From NCBI GenBank assembly GCA_041740355.1, contig JBGSMD010000061.1:1-64000 (forward strand): 64,000 bases of DNA. Direction: 5' to 3'. A model generated the notes under the pieces. That model searched no databases and had not been told where the DNA came from. It saw only the letters and a list, made by a program, of their open reading frames with translations. A program made the translations under genes and the position numbers. The stretch is from Bdellovibrionota bacterium (GTDB lineage: Bacteria; Bdellovibrionota_C; UBA2361; CALJRW01). Below are positions 39,701 through 47,742 of the stretch, piece by piece (within the stretch, counting starts at the first letter, position 1; each line of letters begins with the position of its first letter).

Positions 39701-40931
39701 TAACATTATGGATCGACCAGGCTGCTCTGCTTATATAATCATCGACTACTATTATCTTATTATCACTACAACTAGCAGATGTTCCGCCGTAACTGCCAGC
39801 ACACTGCCACAAATACTGAGTTGAATTATCTGTAGTGTCATTTAAACTTCCAGTAGTACAAACATTGTGCGAACTTCCACAAGTTCCATTCACTGGTGTT
39901 GTTGTCTGACTTGCACTACAGCTAGCAGTTGTTCCACCGTTACTGCCAGCACAAGTCCAAGAATAAGTATTTCCAGCTAATCTAACATTAGAGAATGCTC
40001 CATCGGAACAAAGATTTGTTGTAGGTATCGTTGCAAATGTTTCTCCACTAGCAATACCACAAGCACCATTTATTTTAGATACTGTCTCTACGGTACATGT
40101 AGAAGTGCAACCATCACCATTTACTTTATTACTATCGTCACAAAATTCTCCTGCCTCTCTAACACCATTACCACATTCTGGAATGAGAATTGGCACTGTA
40201 GGTGTAGGAGTAGCTTCAGGTATCTCAGGTTCAGAATATGCCAAGCAAAGCTCATCATAAATTTTAATTAGCATTTCTGCGCTTGCCGCCAAAAATTTAA
40301 ATTTCTCTAACTTCAGTCGTTTATTAAATAAAGATCTTTTTAACTTTGTAGTGGTATTAATTTCAGATGTTTTTTGAATTTGGTCAGTTAGCCTTTTAAT
40401 ATCCAGCTCAACTTTTGCTTGCTTCGAAATTGTAGATTCTAAATACTCAGCTATATTCTCACTATACTTATAAAAAGAATTTGTCCCTAGGTGTCCAGAT
40501 TCTTGATTAACACAAGCTAATTCATCATCACCCATTGATATCATATATGATTCACTGGATATGAAATCTTCTACTTTTGTTCCAATAATTTCTAAATCAT
40601 CTAAGCAGATTTTTTTATCAGCTAAACTTATGTCTATACTTGAACTATTAGCTGATTTAAGTAAGTATTCGCTTACTTTTCCTAAATCACCTGATTCTTG
40701 ATATTCCGTTAACTTATTTCTTAAAAATTTTAATCCTCGGATCGTTCTTTTAACTTTTTGGATACTTGATAAATCAGCACTGCAACTCTCTATTGAAAAA
40801 GCCTTTCCAACTGAACTGATTGGTAAATTAAAACTTACTTTACTATCCTCAAGATTGAAAGGAGTGCCGATTAAAACTACAAGAAAGAGGGAAATAATAG
40901 AGGCAATGATATTTTTTTGATAATAATTCAT
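36774..40931 (-). CDS. Exported modular protein: novel N-domain, CGNG Cys repeat, four NGxCG repeats, F5/8 type C, LamG, large C-terminal putative enzymatic domain
   Basis: N-terminal hydrophobic helix; ECGNGVREAGEFCDD; NG.CG...PT.NLC; discoidin motif; GELDDFRVYD.VLS; QHGITWT...G.FANG..WVVG domain. Confidence 0.85.
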   Translation of the reverse strand: MNYYQKNIIASIISLFLVVLIGTPFNLEDSKVSFNLPISSVGKAFSIESCSADLSSIQKVKRTIRGLKFLRNKLTEYQESGDLGKVSEYLLKSANSSSIDISLADKKICLDDLEIIGTKVEDFISSESYMISMGDDELACVNQESGHLGTNSFYKYSENIAEYLESTISKQAKVELDIKRLTDQIQKTSEINTTTKLKRSLFNKRLKLEKFKFLAASAEMLIKIYDELCLAYSEPEIPEATPTPTVPILIPECGNGVREAGEFCDDSNKVNGDGCTSTCTVETVSKINGACGIASGETFATIPTTNLCSDGAFSNVRLAGNTYSWTCAGSNGGTTASCSASQTTTPVNGTCGSSHNVCTTGSLNDTTDNSTQYLWQCAGSYGGTSASCSDNKIIVVDDYISRAAWSIHNVSSEELTGANNAATNAIDGTTNTFWHTKWFNGQFQAAPYNISINLGATYNLTGFKYLPRSDNPNGRLAEYRIYVSTNGSTWGSPINTGNFAGSANEQEVSFSSVTGRYLRLEADADHAGAQYISIAELNIKGSLNGVSPANGICGSANGTTVSASPTTNLCSAGTVSGVANGSVYAWICAGSNGGSTASCSANKTAGIGSENGICGSANGTTVSSIPTVNLCIESDSSSVPILNNNIYTWSCIGGVGGSTANCSAIKTSRPQTFTGLIAHYDFNEGSGTSVTDKTGNYSNGILNPDPRTNQAVTFVNGVEGSKAIKLVKGNSLTLPDIIKDRQVLSFSIWAKLDDISYRGGQIINFSNHVSLKFTNNPGSRLAASYHKENQWNTLETSKTFSGTGWHHIVLVLDSNKNQQRIYVDKVISATASFTEDISYSSTLAQGNFLGRYPTADGIDLTGELDDFRVYDYVLSQNEISNLFNIGNPPPPPTPPAPKPSPVLDNNAAVKDPIVWPAGYGDATCTKSGGNTIISQHGITWTITGEKQCGNFANGEAWVVGPVSINYIYPNPTLTPVCVPDADGKTDKCTKTLHGSMINPIPNQKHGFDANAPTIPQTSYDLNLNVALSFPISLNAGDSLASSRTMNTYPKFVDTVCVLTVLDSAPPAGSFRPGPYGTDRTIRWNKSQIDYSVLKNLEHVPGSPTKQYIESILPALAWWEWGGSWADGVLAANNNLSSYRFDGASTYGREISYKWGEVGLWLNLNNSQADKERAAIRSIQSGIDIWSYITNGGNFYHDGGHKGGRKFPVFLAAVMLDDPVLRAFAKDVTIFQEDTQTFFVCGPEGGEHCLECDPNPPWRLRKDQIALLPACILNSDGKYRVNDVGKYTEPPARFFEIPTQTFLQSDIGMPEWGVRHWFDTRQDDRDPQSGYRHVVWPAMAGPVLAASLMGQEDAWGHPAIFAYNERYYSEFGFTGFVGNMWIEHKN

Positions 40932-41032
40932 GCCAAAACCTATTTAATATTCAACTAATGCCAATATCAAATTATTTATAAATCCTTACTTTAGACTCAA
41001 AATGCTCCGAATGGGATTCGAATAATATTATA

Positions 41033-41059
41033 ATATCGGTATGAAATTCGAAAACTTAA
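41033..41059 (-). promoter_or_regulatory. Sigma28/FliA-like promoter
   Basis: TTAAGTTT-N11-ACCGATAT about 102 bp upstream of the 40931 start. Confidence 0.6.
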
Positions 41060-41393
41060 GACCTTAAATGAGAGTATAAATTTCACAGTATCGAAGTTTC
41101 CGCTTGATCTTGCCCCAAATTTTCACCAAGTCAGTCTATAATAAACCCAACAACTATTCTCCCTTAAAAGGTTTATGCGCTAACAATATAAGAGTTAGTA
41201 AGCTCACTGGTATTAGCAGAGAACTCATTGCAAACCTTTGATATACCTTCGGTTTCACAATATTAATTTGTTGAGTTTACTATTTGACTTTTGTCTCCAG
41301 TAGGTCGCTACTATAGTCATAACTGGATGATTTAATTTTCTAACGGAAATTAGTTTTTGGAATGACTATATTTAGAATTTGAGTTAATTTTCT

Positions 41394-41546
41394 CAAATTC
41401 ATCAGGACTACAATACCCTAAGGATGAATGCATCCTGTGAGGATTGCAGAAATTCTCTATCCAGACAGTAATACTGATATCTTAAATCTAAATTTTAGTT
41501 TGCTGAGACATCAACTTTTAAAGTATGAAACAAAGATTCAGCAACT
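41394..41546 (-). ncRNA. Conserved structured non-coding element, copy B
   Basis: Homologous to 36459-36621; CTGCAAT/ATTGTAG stem closes with a G-U pair only on the minus strand. Confidence 0.45.
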
Positions 41547-41750
41547 TTGAAACACTTAAATTAGAGTGTCGCAGAAGTCCTGCAAATTGTTGCGGCTTGG
41601 ATCGAAAACTTTCATTACACTAGTCGACTATCAACCTCATGTCACCTGTCGAGTTTGAGGCTTAGTTAGCATGATCTCGCATTCACCAAACTGGAGGGGG
41701 TGGTAGTTTCTGACTTAGCTTTAATTGAAATACCTTAGATTCTTAAAATA

Positions 41751-42368
41751 TTAATCATGCCGGTCACAAACCTGACCACGCTGAGCCGCAGGTACTGTGA
41801 AGACAACAACTTGGCTAGCATCATTACAAGTAACTTTTACTTCCTTAGCATCTTCACAAGGAACATTACTGCGCATTGTTAAGCGATTTGGATTAGTGAA
41901 ACAGCTAAAGACTCCGCCGCAATAGAGTTGTGAGAAACTGCCATCTCTTTTTTGAATAGAACAACCACCAGAAAAAGTTCGCCGAAAAGAGGAATTGAAT
42001 AACACTACGATATTTCCATTCCCTTCGGATTCAGGCTTCCAAAGATTACCATCAGCACCATCAATAAAATTCAAAGTTCTAGAAGTGAAATCTTGATCAA
42101 CTCCATCATCTGGAATTCCGCCAACCCCACCAGGTACAGTTGGTCTTGGGGTCGGAGTTGGGGTTACTCCAAGTTGTGCAATAAAGTTCTCATTATCTCT
42201 TGTACTTCCAGAATAACTAGCACCATTAGCATTATTAATTGCTTGGATTTCGTTAAAACTTAAGACTTGATTATCCTCAAAGTTATCATCAGAATCAGAG
42301 TTTCCACATCCAAATAATAATGGAGTTGATGCTAATAGTAGGAAAGAAAGTAAGTGTTTAAATTTCAT
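41751..42368 (-). CDS. Lipoprotein of unknown function
   Basis: MKFKH + hydrophobic core + LLFG-C lipobox; PT linker; LWKPESE..GN.VVL and a Cys-containing C-domain. Confidence 0.8.
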   Translation of the reverse strand: MKFKHLLSFLLLASTPLLFGCGNSDSDDNFEDNQVLSFNEIQAINNANGASYSGSTRDNENFIAQLGVTPTPTPRPTVPGGVGGIPDDGVDQDFTSRTLNFIDGADGNLWKPESEGNGNIVVLFNSSFRRTFSGGCSIQKRDGSFSQLYCGGVFSCFTNPNRLTMRSNVPCEDAKEVKVTCNDASQVVVFTVPAAQRGQVCDRHD

Positions 42369-42428
42369 GAAATATTCCAAAGATTTGACAAAATGAAGAT
42401 AGCATTCTTAAGGTAATTAGCAAGTACA

Positions 42429-42501
42429 TTCTCCCCCTTGTGGGACGCAACAGACTGTGACCATTATTTGCAACAATGTTGGGCGTACCAAAAGGGGAGA
42501 A
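42429..42501. repeat. Palindromic element family 2, copy 3
   Basis: TTCTCCCCCTTG...CCAAAAGGGGAGAA abutting the TAA stop of 42502-43881. Confidence 0.8.
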
Positions 42502-43881
42502 TTATATTTTAATCTCCTGCAGATACTCGGCTATAAACACATCCCAGCCAAACTCTTTAATAAGTAATCCCTTTAACGTTTCCGCTGACTCTGGCTCGCC
42601 ATGAACTATGGCTACACGTTTTGGAGTGCCAGTACAGCTTCTGCACCAACGAAGTAATTCTTGCTGGTCGGCGTGAGCGCTCAGCCCACCAATTGTGGCA
42701 ATTTCTGCCCGAACAGGGATTTGATTGTGAAAAATTGATACCGTGTCCGCTCCTGATTGAATCATATCACCCCGGCTTCCCGGAGGCTGATAACCAACAA
42801 ATAAAACAGTATTCTTGCTATCATCAATTCGTCTCGACAAATGATGTAATACGCGACCACCAGTAAGCATACCACTGGCAGAAATAATAATCATCGGCTC
42901 ATCAATGCTATTTAATTGCATTGAGGCCTTACGATCGCTAGTGAAAGCTAGCTTAGAAAAAGTAAACGGACTCTTTCCGCCTTTCTTAATGCCAAGTAAA
43001 TCATCATCATACTCACTTGGATGATTACGATAAATCTCGGTGGCATCACTAGCCATCGGACTATCAACTACCACCGGAATATCAGCAATTTTATTTTCGG
43101 CTTTTAATTCCCGAATTAAATAAAGCAATAATTGTGCTCGTCCAACAGCGAAACTAGGGATAATCACTGTCCCGCCACGTTGGTAAGTACGATTAATTAC
43201 ATCAGCTAACATTTTTTTTGGATCACCTTCGGCATGGTTTCTGGACCCATAGGTAGACTCAATTAACAACAAGTCACCAAACTGCATCGGAGATGGATCA
43301 ACTAAAATTGGAGTGTCGTAACGACCAATATCGCCAGAGAAGTTAATCACCTGATCCTTGTAACGTAACGTTAGGTGCGCGGCCCCAATGATATGCCCTG
43401 CTCTTTGATACTTAATGAAAATTCCAGGGAAAATTTCAAGTTCTTGCTCAAAGCTCTGTTTCTTTAATAACTTTAAAGTCTTTTCCGCATCTTTTATTGT
43501 ATATAGCGGTAGAGGCGGTTTGTGTTTTGATGTCCCTAACTTTGCACGATAGTGAGCATCTTCTTCCTGTAAGTAGGCAGCATCTAATAAGAGTAAATGG
43601 CAAAGATCCGCTGTTGCCGGAGTTGCATAAACTGGACATTTTAATCCATTAGCGACAAACCTAGGTAGGATTCCGATATGATCAATGTGGGCATGGGTCA
43701 AAACGACCGCATCAATTTTAGATAAATTATATTCTGGAAGCACCCAGTTCTTATCTCTCCACTTCTTAGGTCCCTGGAACATTCCGGCATCAATTAATAA
43801 TGTTTTATCACCAAGTTCAAGTAAGTATTTTGAACCTGTAACAGTTCCAGCAGCACCAAGAAATTTTAAAGATATCGACAT
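42502..43881 (-). CDS. MBL-fold beta-CASP ribonuclease
   Basis: GAAGTVTGSKY, THAHIDHIG, AGHIIG, FSGD, ESTYG, FAVGR, SAHAD, VHGE. Confidence 0.92.
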   Translation of the reverse strand: MSISLKFLGAAGTVTGSKYLLELGDKTLLIDAGMFQGPKKWRDKNWVLPEYNLSKIDAVVLTHAHIDHIGILPRFVANGLKCPVYATPATADLCHLLLLDAAYLQEEDAHYRAKLGTSKHKPPLPLYTIKDAEKTLKLLKKQSFEQELEIFPGIFIKYQRAGHIIGAAHLTLRYKDQVINFSGDIGRYDTPILVDPSPMQFGDLLLIESTYGSRNHAEGDPKKMLADVINRTYQRGGTVIIPSFAVGRAQLLLYLIRELKAENKIADIPVVVDSPMASDATEIYRNHPSEYDDDLLGIKKGGKSPFTFSKLAFTSDRKASMQLNSIDEPMIIISASGMLTGGRVLHHLSRRIDDSKNTVLFVGYQPPGSRGDMIQSGADTVSIFHNQIPVRAEIATIGGLSAHADQQELLRWCRSCTGTPKRVAIVHGEPESAETLKGLLIKEFGWDVFIAEYLQEIKI

Positions 43882-43995
43882 AATATAGAGTGAAGATTAA
43901 GGTTAAAGAATATCAAAGATTGTATCCTGATTGGAATTAAAAGTCTTTAAGAAAACTACGCGGCTTAGGAGATGATTTTTGGGAAATTGGAGAGG

Positions 43996-44026
43996 AAAGA
44001 AAGCTTGGCCAATTAATTGGCCAAGC
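43996..44026 (-). terminator. Terminator after the HU gene
   Basis: Perfect palindrome GCTTGGCCAATTAATTGGCCAAGC followed by TTTCTTT on the minus strand. Confidence 0.75.
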
Positions 44027-44062
44027 CCCAGTATGACTACTGAGTAGTTATACCACTAAGTA

Positions 44063-44512
44063 CTAAAGAACTGCGTCTTTTAATACTTTAGCTGGAGTGA
44101 ATCGAACTCTCTTCTTAGAAGGGATGTTGATTACAGCACCAGTTGCTGGATTACGTCCGACTCTTGCTTTAGTCTTACGAACATACAGCTTACCTAAACC
44201 TAGAAGAGGTAGTTTATAACCTTTTTTCAAAGCGTCAGTAATGAACTCTAGAAGACCATCACAAATATCTTTAGCTTCAGAACGCTTTTCGATGCCACAA
44301 AAACCTTGTACAGAATTGATGAACTCAGACTGCGTGTAACTTAAAGAAGCCCCGTTCTTTGGCTTTGGAGCCTTAGCAAGTTTTGGTGCTTTTTTTGGTG
44401 CAGGCGCTGGCTTAGCCATAGCTTTAGGAGCTGGAGCTTTTTTAGCTACAGTTTTTTTAGCTGGAGCTTTAGCCGGAGCTTTTTTAGCAGCTGGTTTTTT
44501 CTTAGCTGGCAT
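44063..44512 (-). CDS. HU-family DNA-binding protein with N-terminal Lys/Ala/Pro-rich tail
   Basis: GLGKLYVRKTKARVGRNPATG..INIP.KKRVRF.P.K.LK HU signature; ~55-aa PAKKAPAK tail. Confidence 0.92.
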   Translation of the reverse strand: MPAKKKPAAKKAPAKAPAKKTVAKKAPAPKAMAKPAPAPKKAPKLAKAPKPKNGASLSYTQSEFINSVQGFCGIEKRSEAKDICDGLLEFITDALKKGYKLPLLGLGKLYVRKTKARVGRNPATGAVINIPSKKRVRFTPAKVLKDAVL

Positions 44513-44748
44513 AGTGTTTCTCCTTAGAAAACAATTTAAAAATACAGATACTTAAAAATTTAGAAATATCTGAAAAACAACTGAAAACCTTATAAAATAA
44601 GGCTTATCGCGAAGTCGATCCCATATTAATTACACTTTCGATCTTTTCGCAAGTGTTTTTTTTTAATATTTTTATTCGGAGAGTAAGTTTTTACGTGAAT
44701 AGCTACTCGATCAGCAACTATTATCTAAGGAGCGAAACAAAAAATGGA

Positions 44749-46194
44749 TTAAATTAACTTCGCTAGATAATCAAAGATGCGGCTTGGATAAATGGTGTAA
44801 TAAATAAGAGTCAGCATTAATAAAGACAAGGAGATAACTTTTACGGGAGTAATATAAACAGGGCGGAAAGTGTCATCTTCAGCAGGACTAACAATTAAAG
44901 AGATCAGCTTAAAGTAGTAATAGCAACCTAGCACTGTGCCTAGTAAAATTACGCTGGCTAGGCCAATATAACCAGCGGAGAGTAGGGCTTTTAGGACGAA
45001 GACTTTAGCTAATAAAGCAAAGAAAATTGGCGGTAGTCCCGCAAGGGATAACATCGCCAGTAGCAGAACAGTCCCTAAAAATGGTGAACGATAAATAAGT
45101 CCCCGCAGACTGCTGATTGGCAGACCGGAGTCTTCTTCTAGCGCATCGAACGCCGTGAATGTAATCAACGATAAAATTGTATAGAATACCAAATAAGCAT
45201 AAAATGCCTGTTCAAAAACTTTTAGTATTGGCTCTAAAAAGCCAATACTAAAATAGGCTGTATGAGCTATCGCCGAATAGGCCATCATTCGTTTAGCGTC
45301 TTTCTGAACAATGGCAAGCAAGTTCCCAATTACAATCGAAAGAACAATTATTACCCAAATTAGTTTATTAAAACTTCCCACTAAATCGATAAATACTTCT
45401 GAAATTATTAGAAACCCCGCTACTGCTACGGCAAACTTCACTACTGATGCTAAATAATTTGTAGTAGCTGACTCAGCTGCCTGATAAACATCCGCCACCC
45501 AGTAATGAAAAGGAACTAAGCCTAACTTAAGCGATAGTCCGATAATAAAGAAACCTAAACTTAATAAGACAACTGAGCGATCCGCCTGGGATAGCAATCC
45601 TTTAATTACTTCAAAATCAAAAGAAGCCGTTACTCCGTAAATAGCTGCAAAGCTAAAAAGGATTAAGCAGGATCCCAGTGCCCCTTGAATTAAGTACTTA
45701 ATTGCTGCTTCGGTTGAGGCTTTAGATGTAAGGTTTGCTCCGACTAAAGCATAGGATGAAATTGCTAAAATTTCTAAAGATAAATACCAAGTAACTAAGT
45801 TTTGAGTTGCAAGTAAAACATACCCCCCACTCGTTGCAAAGAAAACTAGTGCAAGCTTCTCCCCTAGTCCTAACTTATTCTGATACTTTGGTTCTGAAAA
45901 ATTAAGCGCTGCTAAATAAGCAATAATTAGAAAAATCAACTGGGAGAAAAGAACTATTAACTCTCGACTAAATAAAATTGAAGACACATGATAACAATCG
46001 GAACTTGGAAGATAAAGAATATAAACATACCCCTGCCAAAGAATTGTTGGCAGAAAAAACATATTAGTTAAAGCAACTATTGGGAACTTATTCTCCCTAG
46101 AAGTTGCTCGAAGCATTGACCAGAGTCCACCTAATACTAATAAAGCAATAGGAGCAAACTCAATTAGATTAGGAAAATTAACGCTACTATTCAT
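44749..46194 (-). CDS. nuoN: NADH-quinone oxidoreductase subunit N
   Basis: EAAIKYLI.G, KLGLVPFH.W..DVYQ, KRMMAYSAIAH, SLAGLPP. Confidence 0.93.
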   Translation of the reverse strand: MNSSVNFPNLIEFAPIALLVLGGLWSMLRATSRENKFPIVALTNMFFLPTILWQGYVYILYLPSSDCYHVSSILFSRELIVLFSQLIFLIIAYLAALNFSEPKYQNKLGLGEKLALVFFATSGGYVLLATQNLVTWYLSLEILAISSYALVGANLTSKASTEAAIKYLIQGALGSCLILFSFAAIYGVTASFDFEVIKGLLSQADRSVVLLSLGFFIIGLSLKLGLVPFHYWVADVYQAAESATTNYLASVVKFAVAVAGFLIISEVFIDLVGSFNKLIWVIIVLSIVIGNLLAIVQKDAKRMMAYSAIAHTAYFSIGFLEPILKVFEQAFYAYLVFYTILSLITFTAFDALEEDSGLPISSLRGLIYRSPFLGTVLLLAMLSLAGLPPIFFALLAKVFVLKALLSAGYIGLASVILLGTVLGCYYYFKLISLIVSPAEDDTFRPVYITPVKVISLSLLMLTLIYYTIYPSRIFDYLAKLI

Positions 46195-47737
46195 GCTGGG
46201 CAATTGGAAAATTTGCTAAAAGTAAACCATCTGTTTTTTTTTGTTTCTGTTGCTGGTCTTTAATTTCAAAAATCTCTAACGGATTTTGTTTCAACTGCTG
46301 GCTGGCAACCTGTGTGAGTATGTCAGAAATTAATCGTGGGAAGATACCCAAGACTAAAATTAAAACTAATAATGAGGACAAGACGACTCGCTCATCAGGA
46401 TTCAAGTCTTTAAACTCTTCTTCCTTAGGTTCTCCAAACAGAACTTGCTGACAAAAGCCTAACATGTAAACAGCGCCTAGAATTACACCTAGTAAAGCAA
46501 AGCAAGTAATTACTGGAAACTTAATAAATGAAGCAGCTAAAACCTGAAACTCCCCAACAAAACTAATTGTAAGCGGTAAGGAAATAGAAGCTAATGAAAA
46601 GCAAATTAGAAAAAAACTAAAAACTGGCGCCTTACTTGCTAGGCCTTGAAAATCACTAATAAGTTCACTTGAATTACGACGCTCCATAGCAAAGGCAATC
46701 GTAAACAACCCTACTGCAATTAAGATGTGAGAAAATATTTGCAAGAGCCCACCAGAAACGCCACTTGGATTCATACTTGCAAGTCCAAGGATACTAAATC
46801 CTACGTGTGAGATGGAAGCATAAGCCATTAATCCTCGAATTGACTTTGACCTCCAAGCAAGTAATGCACCATAAACAATTCCAATCGTAGCAAGTACAGC
46901 CAAGACCGGGGCAAACTCGGCAAAAGCTTCTGGGAATAATATTAAATTAAAGCGAAATAATCCATAAATCCCCGCTTGAAATAATAAGCCAGCAAAAATA
47001 ATTGCTAATCCTTTGGGAGCATTGGCGTAAGTAGCCGGTAACCAACTATGAAATGGAAAGATTGGAGATTTAACTGCAAAGGCAATGAAAAAACCTAGGA
47101 ATAAATAACTTTGTTCCTGAAGACTAAAGTCATGACTTAGAAGAGCACTTAAATCAAATGAGAAATATCCTTGTGTTTGGTAATAACTATATCCGCAATA
47201 AATTATAGCTAATAATAAACATAAACTGCCCGCTAGAGTATAAAGTAAGAATTGATAGGCTGCCTTTTTCGAAGCAGCATTGCCATTAGCTGTCATTAAG
47301 TAAAAGATTGGAAACAGCATCAGCTCGTAAAAGAAGTAAAATACTAATAAGTTAACTGATAGTAATAAGCCAATTAATGAAACTTCAATTAGCAACAAGT
47401 TGCCATAAAAACCGGCCGATTGCCCTCGATTCAGCAATCCGTAAGTTAAAAAAATAAAAGCTGTAAAAAGAATTGCCAAATAACTGAGTCCATCAGCATA
47501 AAAGCTAAAATTAATTCCCATCGAAGGAAACCAAGCAAACTCAACTAAACCAATGCCTCCCAACAATAAAGCAGAGGGTATAAAAAATGAAATTAATAAG
47601 ACGGACCAAGTAACAAACTTATACATCCAGTCCGGTCTTAACTCACAGAACTTGCCAGCTTTAAGAAACAAACAAACAGCTCCAAGAATTGGAGTCAAAA
47701 GCAGAACTTGTAAAACGATACTAAGATTAAAGTTCAT
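46187..47737 (-). CDS. nuoM: NADH-quinone oxidoreductase subunit M
   Basis: DGLS, FYFFYEL.L.P, FAVKSPIFPFHSWLP, AYASISHVG, FVGEF. Confidence 0.94.
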   Translation of the reverse strand: MNFNLSIVLQVLLLTPILGAVCLFLKAGKFCELRPDWMYKFVTWSVLLISFFIPSALLLGGIGLVEFAWFPSMGINFSFYADGLSYLAILFTAFIFLTYGLLNRGQSAGFYGNLLLIEVSLIGLLLSVNLLVFYFFYELMLFPIFYLMTANGNAASKKAAYQFLLYTLAGSLCLLLAIIYCGYSYYQTQGYFSFDLSALLSHDFSLQEQSYLFLGFFIAFAVKSPIFPFHSWLPATYANAPKGLAIIFAGLLFQAGIYGLFRFNLILFPEAFAEFAPVLAVLATIGIVYGALLAWRSKSIRGLMAYASISHVGFSILGLASMNPSGVSGGLLQIFSHILIAVGLFTIAFAMERRNSSELISDFQGLASKAPVFSFFLICFSLASISLPLTISFVGEFQVLAASFIKFPVITCFALLGVILGAVYMLGFCQQVLFGEPKEEEFKDLNPDERVVLSSLLVLILVLGIFPRLISDILTQVASQQLKQNPLEIFEIKDQQQKQKKTDGLLLANFPIAQHE

Positions 47738-47742
47738 TCGGA

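Noticed and set aside
27775-41750. Surface-protein cluster as a mobile genomic island
   Set aside because: It looks somewhat more AT-rich by eye, but there is no mobility gene, flanking direct repeat or tRNA; composition was not computed
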